From the NCBI GenBank assembly GCA_964016885.1, contig CAXHJY010000573.1, positions 1 through 64,000 on the forward strand: a stretch of DNA of 64,000 bases, read 5' to 3'. Source of the stretch: Eledone cirrhosa (Eukaryota). Below are positions 1-16,350 of this stretch, in pieces; position 1 is the stretch's first letter, and every line of letters begins with the position of its first letter. Below the pieces are notes generated by a model. The model was not told the origin of the DNA. It ran no database searches and saw only the letters and a list, made by a program, of their open reading frames with translations. The translations under genes and the position numbers were made by a program.

Positions 1-1263
<1,263 letters not shown>

Positions 1264-1573
1264 ACTAATACTACGACACAACCACCACCAACTGCGACTC
1301 CATATACAAACGCTTTCTGAGCACTTAGATCGTATAGCTCCAACCCTCACCCCTGACCACCAAGTCCAGGATATACGCAAAGCTATAGATCAGTGTTACC
1401 ACACCAGAGTCAAATTTGATAAACAGCGCCTTATACGGAAATACGAATGGACTGTAAACAAATACTACATTGACAACATCCGCTCCCACAGACGGACCGA
1501 CTACAACCACACCAGGGGCAACAGCTGTACAACACCCTCCGCTACACCCCCAACATCGATCTACCTACCAACG

Positions 1574-4138
1574 ATGCTTCAGCACCTCGTTACCGACTTA
1601 ACCGGTACCCTCACCAACGACGAACTCGAACTTCTGCGCCTCGGACCCAAGTTCATCATTACACAGCGTCTCGATGATAGACTGAAACTCGACATCGAAA
1701 CCAACTTCTGTCGGACAGCTTATCAACTGAAATGGCTAACCGCCATCCAAAACAACACCGAGATCGATTACAACCCCACAACCCACCCCACACTCCCCAC
1801 GTATCACCTCGACAACCCACTCCACCCACCAACCACGAACTTGACACTAAACTACTCAGTTGAAACATTCTATCTCTAACATCCTTTCCCAACACACACA
1901 CACACACAATAAACGCAACCCTCACCAATGCACAATTTAATACTCTCACCAACCTAAGATCCAGGAACCTTGTGTACCTTCCCTCTGACAAGGGGAAAGA
2001 ATTCTGTGTCATCTCGAGAGAGACCTACAACAACTTAGCTCTCCAACATCTTAATGACCACAGCCTCTACTCGAAAGTCACAGGGACCTCCTCGACTCTA
2101 ATCGAGGAAGGCATTAACACCATATGGACTAACATCTGTGTCCAACGAAAACTGCCAAAGAAGGTAAAAAACAACATAATGACTCGAAACAGCAAATTAC
2201 CCACCTTCTACTACCTGGTCAAAACACATAAACAAGGACCCGATTTGAAAATCAGGCCCATTGTCTCTAGCGTGGAGGGCCCACTCTACAAAATATCGTG
2301 GCTGCTCTCCACACTACTGAAACCCATTCTACACACACTACCAGCCCACGTCTGCAGCTCAAAGGAGGTATTGGAGCGACTACACCATCTGGCGCCCAAC
2401 ACCAGAAAGGGCAACGGTTATGCCTTCGGTCTTGATGTGTTCGCCCTTTATACCTCCGTACCAGCATCCCCAGCTGTCGACCTGTTGACCGAACGAGTCC
2501 GAGCATCTAACTTACACTGCTTCGGACTCACACACACGGACATCCACCAACTCCTCTCCTTCGTTGTGGATAATGCACTCTTCAATTTCCTCGGCCACAC
2601 GTACAAACAAATCTCTGGGCTACCTATGGGCTCTAGTCTGTCCGGCATACTTGCGATCTCGTACATGGACCACCTGGAACGCAAGGCACTCAATACCTGC
2701 CAACCCAACGCGTCGCCTTCTACTCCAGATACGTTGATGACATCCTGATACTTACTTCTTCCCGGGAGATGGCGAATGAAATTCACCAAATCTTCAACGA
2801 TACTGACCATCACGTCGATTTCACCATCGAACACCCAGGAGAAGACGGGTCACTCGCCCTCCTCGACTTCCGTATCAACATCTCGGAAGAAGGAGACATA
2901 AACACCACCTTCTACCGCAAAGCAGCGTGCAAGGACTTATTTGTGCATTATAACTCAGCCCTCCCCAACAACGCTAAGAGAGGCTATGTCCTAAATGAAC
3001 TGACACGGATCACTAACAGATGCAGCGACCCGATGGGTGGTCTCACCCATACCACGCAATTCCGTAATCTACTCAGATCTAATGGTTATCCCGAGCGACT
3101 GATTAACGGAATTAGAGACCCCAGACCCAATAGACAGACACCCACTAGAAACTTAAATAAAAGCAGGTGCTTCTTTAAAATCCCCCCACCTGAGTGAATA
3201 TACCACCATATATATATATGATACGTTGATGATATCCTGATACTTACTTCTTCCCGGGAGATGGCGAATGAAATTCACCAAATCTTCAACGATACTGACC
3301 AACACATCGATTTCACCATCGAACACCCGGGAGAAGACGGGTCACTCGCCCTCCTCGACTTCCGTATCAACATCTCGGAACAAGGAGACATAAACACCAC
3401 TTCTACCGCAAAGCAGCGTGCAAGGACCTATTTGTGCATTATAACTCAGCCCTCCCCAACAACGCTAAGAGAGGCTATGTCCTAAATGAACTGACACGGA
3501 TCACTAACAGATGCAGCGACCCGATGGGTGGTCTCACCCATACCACGCAATTCCGTAATCTACTCAGATCTAATGGTTATCCCAAGCGACTGATTAACGG
3601 AATTAGAGACCCCAGACCCAGTAGACTGACACCCACTAGAAAACTTAATATTAGCAGGTGCTTCTTTAAAATCCCCCACCTGAGTGAATATACCACGAAC
3701 GCCATCCGCAGGGCCATACGTACGGAGGGACTTGACATACATTTGGCCCACACAGGACCTTCGCTGCGAAGATGCCTCTCCAACAAACCCTACGAGGCAG
3801 ATAGGATTTGTTCCCTCAGCAACTGCCCGATACGGGGGGCAGATTGCTACGCACCTATGTCGTATATAAGATTCAATGCGATAAATGTAACAAGTTTTAC
3901 ATAGGTAGCACCATCCGACCCCTACATGTTCGTATCAAGGAACATATCAACACCAACGCATCTTCCTCCGTAAACATATCCTCAAATGCGGAAACCCACA
4001 GGGTAGACCTTGGTCACAGTCCTAGCGACTGAACGCAGCATCGGATCCTTAAGGATAAAAGAAGCACTTGTTATTAAGAACCTAAGACCCCCACTTAACA
4101 ACCGGGCTGAGAGAAATGAGCTGACATGGCTAACTTAA
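1574..4138 (+). pseudogene. Disrupted PLE polyprotein (RT-GIY-YIG)
   Basis: Collinear ORF fragments 1574-1879, 1972-2748, 2769-3197, 3261-3485, 3434-3904 and 3808-4032, plus a terminal IKEALVIKNLRPPLN motif. They are separated by frameshifts and an internal duplication. Confidence 0.88.
2728..3696 (+). repeat. Internal tandem duplication (~477 bp) of the PLE RT segment, joined by a short (AT)n
   Basis: 2728-3207 and 3220-3696 both begin GATACGTTGATGA and end TGAGTGAATATACCAC; ATATATATATAT lies at 3208-3219. Confidence 0.92.
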
Positions 4139-4164
4139 CCATAATGACCATTCACAGCCTACGG

Positions 4165-4500
4165 CCTGCTATCTTCACACACACGCACGTATATGCATAC
4201 CCATACGCATGCACACAGCACTTCTATATTTACACGCACACATGTTTTTACAACCTACCACCTTTCACACCCTTTGATTTCCAGCTTCTACAGCCCACTA
4301 TCTTTCACACACAAACGCACTCACACATATACATACACAGTTACACACACACATGTATACCCATACGCTTACACACACACACATCTATATTTATACACGC
4401 ACACATATTTTACAACCTACCACCTTTCACACCCTTTGATTTCCAACTTCTACAGCCCACTATCTTTCACACACACACACACTCACACATATACACACTT
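4165..4500 (+). repeat. ~130-bp tandem repeats in the PLE 3' region
   Basis: TTTACAACCTACCACCTTTCACACCCTTTGATTTCCA..CTTCTACAGCCCACTATCTTTCACAC occurs near 4246 and near 4408. Confidence 0.75.
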
Positions 4501-4747
4501 ACACTTATACACACACAGTCACACACACATATATATTTACATACACATATCTTACGGCTTTCACACGCTAACGCACCCTCTTGATTTAACCCATTTGGTC
4601 AGTAGCTTTTGCCACAGCTTATCACGCGCACGCGCATTCTCTCCCTCGTTTAAATTTAAATATTTTTCTCCCCATAACGGCATTCCTGTCTTAACGACAT
4701 CACCACTTTCTCCGCTTGGCCTGTTTTTTCCCCCCTTTTGGAACTTT

Positions 4748-4783
4748 TCCCCCGTTGATGGGCGTGAGCCCGAAATATTGGGA
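4748..4783 (+). ncRNA. Variant/degenerate minimal hammerhead-like motif in the PLE 3' pLTR
   Basis: TCCC-CCGTTGA-T-GGGC GTGA GCCC-GAAA-TA-TT-GGGA has type I topology with a GNRA-capped stem II and palindromic AATATT. The core is CCGUUGA rather than CUGANGA. Confidence 0.45.
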
Positions 4784-4983
4784 TTAAAATCTCTACTACG
4801 GTAACCCTTCTACCTTTGTTTTGTTTTCATCTTTGTCTCTCTCAACTTTCACTTTCACCTGTTTTTCCTATCTATATTTCACTTCCTACCTCGAGATTTC
4901 CCTTTGCATTGTTGTGGCTTTCTTAAATACGTATTTTTACACATTTCACAATGCTTCAAGCAAACTTTAACACCCTCTTATAT

Positions 4984-5120
<137 letters not shown>

Positions 5121-5599
5121 GATAAACACGAAATGTGTTTACATTGTAACAGACAAAGTTAGCTATTAATGAAATAAACTAATAAAAGTGAATACAATTT
5201 GTCCGTCTCGATACAAGTCAATAAAGACAAGCTTATATTGGCAACTGCCATGATTCCTGGACATATTTAAATTTCAAAATTCAAACCTGTTCTGTAGACG
5301 AATTTTGAACCTCGAAACCCAAATAGGTTTCGCAATGGTGGAATGTGAATTGAAAAATAAAGAGAATCGAAATGGAATAGAAATAAAAGAGTGAAATATC
5401 CAATGTTAAAACTCAATTGGAACCCTGAATTTTCATATATATTTCTGCTCCCTCACAAGTTGAGCTTATTAAGTTGTGTGTGTTGGACTGTTATTTCTAT
5501 TCAATACACGCTTACCACGTTTGACTAGCGGCGCACGAGGTGACAATTCATCTTTCTGTGTGAACGTTGGCAAATAGTGTTTGTGGCATTTAATCAGAT

Positions 5600-5680
5600 T
5601 CTCTCGCCGATGAAGCCCACGATTATCTGTTACAAACACACTCAGGGCGAAACAAGATTAGGGGTAATCTGTCCGAGAGA
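5600..5680 (+). ncRNA. Type I hammerhead ribozyme, copy 1 (U4C core variant, bulge in stem III)
   Basis: Stem I TCTCTCG/CGAGAGA; core CCGATGA; stem II GCCC..GGGC; GAAA; stem III CA(A)GATTA GGGG TAATCTG; GTC cleavage triplet at 5671-5673. Confidence 0.8.
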
Positions 5681-6050
5681 TATATGGTTATTGAGGCGGT
5701 TTGTATATGTTATCATTCTGTCTGCTTCTTGGTTAAATATTTGAAACAAATGTGGTTTTTCAACCCTTGTAATCTTAGACACACCGTTTACTGTGTTTCT
5801 TACTATATATTATTAATCGGCCCAGTATTTATACTTTGAGCTTAATAGTTACAGGGTTCCAATTGAGTTTTAACTCTAATTTTCATATATATTTCTGCTC
5901 CCTCACAAGTTGAGCTTATTAAGTTGTGTGTGTTGGACTGTTATTTCTATTCAATACACGCTTACCACGTTTGACTAGCGGCGCACGAGGTGACAAATTC
6001 ATCTTTCTGTGTGAACGTTGGCAAATAGTGTTTGTGGCATTTAATCAGAT

Positions 6051-6130
6051 TCTCTCGCTGATGAAGCCCAGGATTATCTGTTACAAACACACTCAGGACG
6101 AAACAGATTAGGGTTAATCTGTCCGAGAGA
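6051..6130 (+). ncRNA. Type I hammerhead ribozyme, copy 2
   Basis: Stem I TCTCTCG/CGAGAGA; canonical CTGATGA (6058-6064); stem II GCCC..GGAC with one mismatch; GAAA; perfect stem III CAGATTA-GGGT-TAATCTG; GTC at 6121-6123. Confidence 0.87.
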
Positions 6131-6256
6131 TATAATGGTTATTGAGACGGTTTGTATATTTTATCATTCTGTCTGCTTCTTGGTTAAATATTTCAAACAA
6201 ATGTGGTTTTTCAACCCTTGTAATTTTAGACACACGGTTTACTGTTTCTTACTATA

Positions 6257-7684
<1,428 letters not shown>

Positions 7685-7685
<1 letters not shown>

Positions 7686-8292
7686 TGGTGGCTGCCAACT
7701 CGTTTTCGAGTACGGCCACTACTTTATATCCATGTAGGAGAACCCTACTGATGCGCTGAACGAGTGTGACTTTTTAGTCGAGCCAGCGACTTGAAAACTC
7801 TGGTACAAACACTACACTTGTGACAATTACTGACACAGTGCTGGGCCCATGGTACCATGTGACGACAAGTGCAGAGAGATCTCCAGATATAAAGCAATGC
7901 CTGTGCCGTGAAGCTTTTATAGTGAGCAAAGGCACTGCACAAAGCCAGTCCCACTCTCTTAACCAAGATGATATTTACCAAAAAGAAGAACAAGTCAACA
8001 TCATTGGATACCATCAGGGTTGCAGGTGTTATATCAGAGTTTTCCTTCTCCTAGAATTCTGCCTTGACAAAGGCTAAGGGGTCATCTCTCCCGGTGATTT
8101 TGGATGGCCATTGACTCTTAAGAGCTCCTTTGCCCTTTGACAGGTTTTGTTTTTAGTCCTGCAGGATGTCCAAAGTCACCCTCCTCACCAAGAAACCTTG
8201 GTGGGGTTGCCAGTTTAGTCGCCAACGACCCGACCATGAGATGGGTTGTACTGGGATACATGTTACCAGTAGCACCAACTGGTGACCTGACA
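7685..8292 (-). mobile_element. Non-autonomous RTE-derived ~600-bp element, copy 1
   Basis: Reverse complement of 22689-23299. It contains the RTE-type 5' motif CTAGGAGAAGGAAAACTCTGA and an RTE-like C-terminal C2H2 finger (CSVC-x12-H-x4-H*), then a short 3' end running into (TA)n. Confidence 0.75.
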
Positions 8293-8358
8293 TATATATA
8301 TATACACATATATATACATACACATATATATACATACATATATTTATATATATACACA

Positions 8359-8438
<80 letters not shown>

Positions 8439-8616
8439 CACATATACATACATATATTTATATATATACACATATATATACATATATATATATATTTATA
8501 TGTATATATATATACACATATATATGCATATGTATATGTATATATATATACACATATATATGCATACATATATTTATATATATATACACATATATATACA
8601 TATATATATATATATG

Positions 8617-8671
<55 letters not shown>

Positions 8672-8819
8672 GTATATATATATATACACATATATATACA
8701 TACATATACACATATATATACATAAATATATTTATATATATATACACATATATATATATACATACATATATTTATATATGTATACACATATATATACATA
8801 TATATATATATATATATCA

Positions 8820-8858
<39 letters not shown>

Positions 8859-9963
8859 ACTATATATCTATATGTATATGTAGATATATATATGTATATA
8901 TACAACTATATATCTATATGTATATGTATATATATATATATACACATATATATATATACATACATATATTTATATATATATATATACACAAATATATACA
9001 TATATAATATATACGAACAAATATCTAATTTAGATTCTATAATAATAAACACACTGATTTGTTTTCTATCTGCTTGCATAAATTCCACAAAACATTCCAC
9101 AAAGTATACAGCTAATATCCAAATCTTAATCAATTTAGAATCTTTTTCTCAAAGGCACATATATATATATACACTTCTTTAAAAATATACCCTTCTTTCT
9201 ACCTTATTTCAAATGTTTTATTATACATTATATAATACTTGTCACGCATTCTATAATACTTGTTACTCATTCTATATCGCTCCTATTTATCACTCTCTTT
9301 CTTCTCTTTTTCTTTTAATGTCTAACCCCTAATCTGTACCTTTACTCACTGTTGCCTAACATAGAATCAATTATTACATAATACAATACATTCTTACTCC
9401 ATATCACCTTGTAAAAATCCTTCGTAAACATAAACCTTTTTTTGACGTTAGGTTATTCATCCTCAATTCATTATTCTTTACTCCCTTTCATCTAACTCAT
9501 TCATGCTCATCTCACAATATATCCTTACTTAAATTACCTGTTGTTCTTTTTAATAATACATATCAACATTTTCTTTCCTTCGCACATATTATTAAACCCT
9601 TAAATATCATTCTTAATACATATTAACTTTTTCTTTCCATCGCACATGTTATTAAACCCCTGAATATACAAACCTTAACTTACATTATTTTTCTCTTCGT
9701 TAATTTTCAAATTCTTTTAATTTATACATTATCTTCCAACGGTTTTCAACCTCTCTATGTAAAACAATATATCTTTCTCAGTTATAAAAGCTCTCTCTCT
9801 CTCTCTATCACCCATCTCTCCTCCTATCTCATCCTTCCTCATTATACTCCTTCCTCTCCACTTTTTACTCTCATCTCCTCCTCTTTTTCATCCTTTCCAA
9901 CCCCCAACCCCTCAAAATAAAATATTTTTCCCAATATCACACATCAATCTAAAACTACTTCTC

Positions 9964-10222
9964 ATATGTTGATTTAAAACTGCACTATCCACAAGTGTTT
10001 TTTAACCTTCATATCATGTCTTCCTGTTTTATCTGATGAAAACACAAATATTATTGCATGATGATATTTGTTTTGAAATGCGCATAATAAAATACATGGA
10101 ACTCTTTTAACCATCTTTTGTTCTTATATATTATGTATACTCCAGTCCTACAAACTGTAGAGTGCTTCTTATCCGATATCTGCATTGCTTTATTGTACTA
10201 CAATAAAACTCACCTCCTACAT
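9964..10222 (+). mobile_element. Penelope-type pLTR fragment with a minimal hammerhead
   Basis: Homologous to 21736-21978 (inverted) and 21980-22150; ends in (TA)n. Confidence 0.75.
10025..10094 (+). ncRNA. Minimal type I hammerhead ribozyme (palindromic stem III TGCGCA)
   Basis: TTTTAT-CTGATGA-stem II (AAACACAAATATTA..TGATATTTGTTTT)-GAAA-TGCGCA-TA-ATAAAA. Confidence 0.82.
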
Positions 10223-10246
10223 ATATACATATATATATATATATAC

Positions 10247-10283
<37 letters not shown>

Positions 10284-10394
10284 GTTTCTAACAAATACAA
10301 TAAAAAAACATTAACGAAGAGTGCAGTACAAAATGTTAGTATTTGGTCACACTTGCGAGTATGTGGTGGGGGTCTACGGGTGAGTTGCGGTCAT

Positions 10395-10797
10395 TTCGAC
10401 AGTTAGATCCGAACTAACCCACCAGTATTAGAACGGCGGGAATCTAGCTGGAATAAGAAGGGTTAAGGTCAGTCCATATATTGGAATGTAGCGAAACCAA
10501 AAATGTTTAAGCAAAAAATCCTAAATGTTTGTTGTCCACTCCCTGTGAGAAACAAGGAAAACAACAAATGTTTAGCCCCCGCCGCTATGAAGGAATTTAA
10601 CTATGTACACGATATCCCAGATCGTTGACCAGTACACGTGATATAAAAAGAAACAACACATTTTAGGATGTTTTGCTTTTTACTTTTGCTTACTTTGCTT
10701 TTACCGCATGTCCATATATGCACTGTGCCCCTTGATAAGTTTAGCTAGGTTCCCGCCGTTCTAATACTGGTGGCTTAGTTCAAATCAATCTATCGAT
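10395..10797. mobile_element. MITE-like imperfect foldback element
   Basis: ACCAGTATTAGAACGGCGGGAATCTAGCT (~10421) is inverted at AGCTAGGTTCCCGCCGTTCTAATACTGGT (~10743). The inner arms (GCAAAAAATCCTAAATGT / ACATTTTAGGATGTTTTGC) also pair. Confidence 0.6.
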
Positions 10798-11071
10798 ACA
10801 GCCGGAGCTCCCCCGTCGGTGTCCTGACTCACTTCCTATTGCCCACTCTACTACCCTACGTATTGAGTACTCTTGGACGTTATGGTCCACCTGTGATCTT
10901 ACCGCGCCATCTTTGTTATATATATATATATATATAATTGCAAGATAGTGAGTCTGGATACACTCTGGAATTTCATTTGCGTAATCACTGGGTCGTAAAT
11001 TAATGTCATTTAACTCTACTTCTGTATTGAATAGTTTTACTCAGCTGTCAACTACATATACATTCACTCAT

Positions 11072-11120
<49 letters not shown>

Positions 11121-12195
11121 TGTATATGCATGTTTGCGTCTTCTTGCCTCATGTTTCTACATTGTATTTACAGAGACGCCCGCTCTCATACAGATATATA
11201 TTTTCATTCATACAGATATATAGATTCTGTATATAAATAAATGTTAACTTCAAATGAACTCTGCAAGGAATGGTAAGTGACGTATTACTGCTTCTTTCCG
11301 TAAGCAGTGCAATGATATTTCACTTATGATAATTTCAGCTCGATTTTATTATTATATACCAGAAAAGATTTCATCGGTATGTCGAATTATACTGTAAATA
11401 TACGCCATTATGTATGTGAGTTTCTTCGTTCATGTGTTAAAATAGAACTAGTACCTATTTCCATAGAAGCTTACTGACAATTTTATTATTCATTCCTACT
11501 TAACATTAATAGAGAGCTTTTTGATGGAATTTACACTTATACATATATGAATTTACAGTTTGGATTCTCTGAAAAATTACTTAGCATATAACCTTGTTAT
11601 ATGCAAACTTAGTATTTATAACCGGAATAACTTGTCTCTTAATACATTTTAAAAGGTTTGAGATATTGGCACTATGGGCTTTTGTGAATAAAAATTTGAA
11701 TCGCTGTTTTATGTTTATATATATTTCCTACATAATAACTCTTATACTAAATGTATCTTAATTCAAACAATTCTAAAGAAATACATTTGCTATGGAGATA
11801 ACGATTTGTATTTTCCAATTTAGAATTGTAATGGTTAACTATGTCTCACCACTTATTTTAATATAATCTTTTCCTACAAAGTAACAAAACCCTTAAATAA
11901 ATACCAATATACTTTTCAATCAAACACTACGTTAATAATATCTGATTGAATTTCTTTATTGCCATATGTTTCCTGGTATATATATATATATGAGTGTGTG
12001 TTTGTGAGTGAATTCATATGTAGTTTCCTCTTCTTATATTTGCCTGTTATATTCACACTTTAAATAAGATTGTTATTTCCTACATAATTCCTTTGCCTCT
12101 ATTATCAATTCGTCAAATGATATATATTCATTCAAACTTTCTCCTTCATGTTTGTATCCGATGTATTTCCTCTATCTCATTTTATTTTCCTCATA

Positions 12196-12816
<621 letters not shown>

Positions 12817-13011
12817 CTAGGGCGGATAAAATTTCCGAGATCCATGAAAGAGTTCTCTCCAGCGGTCTCTGTCCCTCATTATCGCTGCCATGCCCTGCGT
12901 CGCCAACAGACCAGTGTCGCTCCTTAGGGCATCAACATACGTTAAACATGATCTTCCTCTTCCAGTGTGTCCATGTAGGGGCTCGCACAGGAGCAATGTG
13001 TGCAATGTCAA
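12817..13011 (-). pseudogene. 3' end fragment of an RTE/RTEX-type LINE ORF
   Basis: LLLCEPLHGHTGRGRSCLTYVDALRSDTGL...MRDRDRWR resembles the RTE-group C-terminal G.R.RGRP..TY.D.L..D....M.DR..WR pattern. The stop codon abuts (TA)n. Confidence 0.7.
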
Positions 13012-14134
13012 CTCTGGATGTCGGTGAGCATGTCAACTAACCTCAGTCTCCTCTGTGTCACTTTTGAGGTGACTTTTGGATATATATATATCGTCAAGAA
13101 TGTATTTATTCTTCGAACATCGTATCCGTATAGAAAGTCTTCAGCAATGCTTTGTATCATACCTTCTTCAATTGAAAACATGTTGAAATATCGCGATTAC
13201 GTCATGAGCGGTCATGGGATATTCCCCCATGTGTGATTGTCTCCAGAATTGTTTCTCCATGTGTGTAGCCTCTACAGGGTCTCATTTGAAAGATGCAAAT
13301 CTTCATTTCTACGAGAGCGCCGCTCTTCACAAATGTATTTCATTCATATTGTCATCAGTGTCTTCACCACTTGTCAAGCTTAACGTGAAATAAAATGCTT
13401 TGAGACAGGAAACAAAGGACCAGGGAAGCTCGTTTTATATACATATAAGTTAAGGTCAGAAACATTCCTTGAGTGGGTATTGTTCTCTGGAGACCTTCTG
13501 CTGTCCAGCTATTCTTATCATTATTCCATTTACCAAAGTTCCACGAAGACAGGCGAGCTCAACAGAGGACGTTTGAAATCGTTCATCAGAAGGAACAATT
13601 TAATATGGTTATAGGATATTAAATTAAAAACAAAGGTTATTACAATTGAAATCGAGGCTGCAATAAAATAAAAAAAAATAAAGAAAATAAAATAAAATAA
13701 TGCGAAAAATATATATACACTGATGAACAACGTGATGTTAGGGAGTAAGAAAAAATGACATAGACATATATAAGCGCGAGCATACAAAGATACAAACATA
13801 AGCATATGTCAAGGCCTGGTTAGTGACTTAATATATGTATCCATCTGACCAAACAGCCGTAGAAATAAAAAAACAATAAAAAACATTAAGATATAAAAAT
13901 ATACATAAAAATATAAACACATGGACGCACACACGGACACAGACATACACACACATATATATACACACACACGTGAGTGAACACCCAAACATAAACAAAT
14001 ATGTAAGTATTGAATCCAAAAATAAATACGCAAATAATAGCGCATAACCACGCAACTATATATATAGATAGGAAAATACACTTAACTTTGTGGGAAAATT
14101 ATGACATGTGAAGAAAATGAGAATACGCACACAA

Positions 14135-14182
<48 letters not shown>

Positions 14183-14241
14183 TTTCTGAATTTGTTTAGC
14201 AAGATTCTTTATCTGAAAACATGTGTTGAAACCGATATTTT

Positions 14242-14644
14242 TATACTTTGGGAGGGTCATGTTGCCAATAAGAAACACACGCACCAGCTGCGACCAACCG
14301 GTAAAATGTAAATAAACAAATAAATAAACGAATATAAACACACACAGACACCCGGATGTGGCGCATGCGCAGACTGAGCACACAACACACACACAGAAAC
14401 AAAATGGCGTAGGACAGAACAAAGGAGAGGCACAAAAACAAATAAAAGAATCCCCAGTCACTGTAGAGATCACAGAGTGTGTGACGAAAGAACTTTGACA
14501 ATATATAAACAACTATCTGGTTGTGGAACTAACCAACCAACCAGAAATTTATAAATTCCTAAATTTATAAATTTCTTATAATAAATTGAAGTGAAAGTAA
14601 TGGGTGCGTGTGTTCTTATTGGCAACATGACCCTCCCTAGTATA
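14242..14644. mobile_element. MITE-like element with ~43-bp terminal inverted repeats
   Basis: TATACTTTGGGAGGGTCATGTTGCCAATAAGAAACACACGCACC ... GGTGCGTGTGTTCTTATTGGCAACATGACCCTCCCTAGTATA. Confidence 0.65.
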
Positions 14645-14721
14645 ACAATATATATATATATATATAAGCAGCGATTCTTTGCTTGAATTTTATCTTTTAT
14701 TTTAATTAGTTTATATATATA

Positions 14722-14771
<50 letters not shown>

Positions 14772-14865
14772 CCAAAGATTAATATGTTTCATTGATTATT
14801 CAATGAATATAGTCTTACAATATATTGAAGGCTCTCTACAAGGAAAGTTTTCTGGAGTTATTAAT

Positions 14866-15068
14866 ATTATTCAAAATATTAATTAATGAAGACATTCGCA
14901 TAATCAAAATATATATTTTATTATATATATTTCGAAGGTGCTTGCTGTTTTTTCAGTACGTCCTGGTCAGATAAATACATGAATTGATGTATGACCTTCG
15001 AAATATATATAATAAAACACATATTTTGATTATGTGAATGTCTTCATTTATTAATATTTTGAATAATA
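14866..15068. repeat. Short inverted repeat (~75-bp arms, ~55-bp spacer)
   Basis: ATTATTCAAAATATT..TTTCGAAGGT versus ACCTTCGAAA..AATATTTTGAATAAT. Confidence 0.75.
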
Positions 15069-15177
15069 TATATATATATATATATACATACACACACATA
15101 TATACATACACACATTTATATATATACACATACATATGCATACACACATACACATATATCTATACACACACACCTAG

Positions 15178-15208
<31 letters not shown>

Positions 15209-15509
15209 CACACGTACATACATACACACATACGCACACATCTATAATATAAAAATAAAAATAAATAAATTGGTTGGACAAAAAAATATATAGAAATGTA
15301 AATATTGTTATACACATGGCCGGCTTTGCCATATTCAAATAAAAAAAATGTTCGGGAACAGTGAACTGTACTGATGAAGGTTAATATATGCAAACGAATC
15401 GAATATTATTATTAATATTCGAAGAACTCATTACATTTATTGTATTCAGACATGTAGAGCGATAATTTTGATTTAATTAATTTTTTTTTTAATATGGCAA
15501 AGTCGGCCA

Positions 15510-16350
15510 TTAATCACTCGTATACAAGGAACTGACTGGCCAGTCTGCTGATATGCAAATCTGGCTGATCAGTTGATCTGCCAATATACAGATCTGATTG
15601 ATCTGCAAGTTGGCATTATAGAGATCCATGTTATCATATCGATGGGCTGGAAAGAGGTCATTAGGATTACCTTTCGGCTGGTGGAATCTCAGGTTACAAA
15701 GAACCATGTCATCGTTTGAGAGAATGGTTTTTTCCACTGTAATATTCTGTATAGTATTAGTGTGATTACTAATGACTAGGTCCATAATGTTCTTCTGAAG
15801 CCTTGTTGGTGCAAGGACAATTTGGGACGAGAAAAAATCATTCATAGTCGAGAAGTGGATCGACTGCTTCTTTGTCAATGGTTGAGGTAGGAGTGCCTGG
15901 TTTCAAACTGTTTGTAGACAACACAGGGTAGATTAAAGTCTCCCATCAAAAGTATGTTGCTAGAATGGCACTGTTGAATAAAGCACTTAATGCTGTTGAA
16001 GCATACTTTGAAGCGCATTATGGGTGTTTGGAGTGGCCTGTGTAGCCCAACTATTATCAGGACAGTGACTGATTCACAGTAGCCATTGGAGAATGTTGTG
16101 TTACCATCTGCTGTAAAGGAATCGTGCAGGCAAATGGCAGTTCCACCCTTCTTTCTGTCAACACGATCCGCGCGGATGGTTCTGTAATTCCCCACTCTTA
16201 CTTCGGCCTCCACGTGAGAGTTGTCAAGGTGGGCCTCAGTAAGAATGAAGAAGGGGATGTCAAAATGATGGTTACCAACCCAACCTTCAATGAATTGGAT
16301 CTTCCATTTCTGTGCATTGATGGATGGGCTGATACCTTGTGTATTGAGTA
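15510..16350 (-). pseudogene. Decayed APE endonuclease of a CR1/L2-type LINE
   Basis: Motifs RADR..RKKGGTAI, GLHRP, LLMGDFNLP, PTR..NIMDLVISN and SNDDMV (degenerate SDH) across frameshifted ORFs. Confidence 0.8.

Larger units (their letters stand above)
1264..4978 (+). mobile_element. Penelope-like retroelement (RT + C-terminal GIY-YIG endonuclease), 5'-truncated and frameshifted, flanked by (TA)n on both sides
   Basis: ORF pieces carry PLE RT motifs (PSDKG, FYYLVKTHK, IRPIVS, LDVFALYTSVP, QISGLPMGSSLS, RYVDD in the next frame, FTIE..LALLD, LRSNGYP). These are followed by a Cys linker (CSLSNCP) and the GIY-YIG signature VVYKIQCDKCNKFYIGSTIRPLHVRIKEH. Confidence 0.92.
5428..6256 (+). mobile_element. 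Two tandem ~385-bp units (period ~450 bp), each carrying a hammerhead ribozyme; Penelope pLTR-like or non-LTR retrozyme-like
   Basis: 5428-5810 and 5878-6256 are near-identical (AATTTTCATATATATTTCTGCTCCC...CTGTTTCTTACTATATAT). The locus lies between (TA)n arrays. Confidence 0.85.

Noticed and set aside
1574-4138. Selenocysteine or programmed recoding in the PLE ORF
   Set aside because: The disruptions are scattered frameshifts, not in-frame TGA at Cys positions, and I could not identify a SECIS. Decay or sequencing indels explain them.
7745-8014. Stand-alone C2H2 zinc-finger gene
   Set aside because: The frame is broken in the other copies; it is the C-terminal remnant of an RTE ORF inside a repeat.
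15371-15410. CTGATGA-AGGTT...AATC-GAAT possible hammerhead
   Set aside because: It has GAAT rather than GAAA and no stem I or III.
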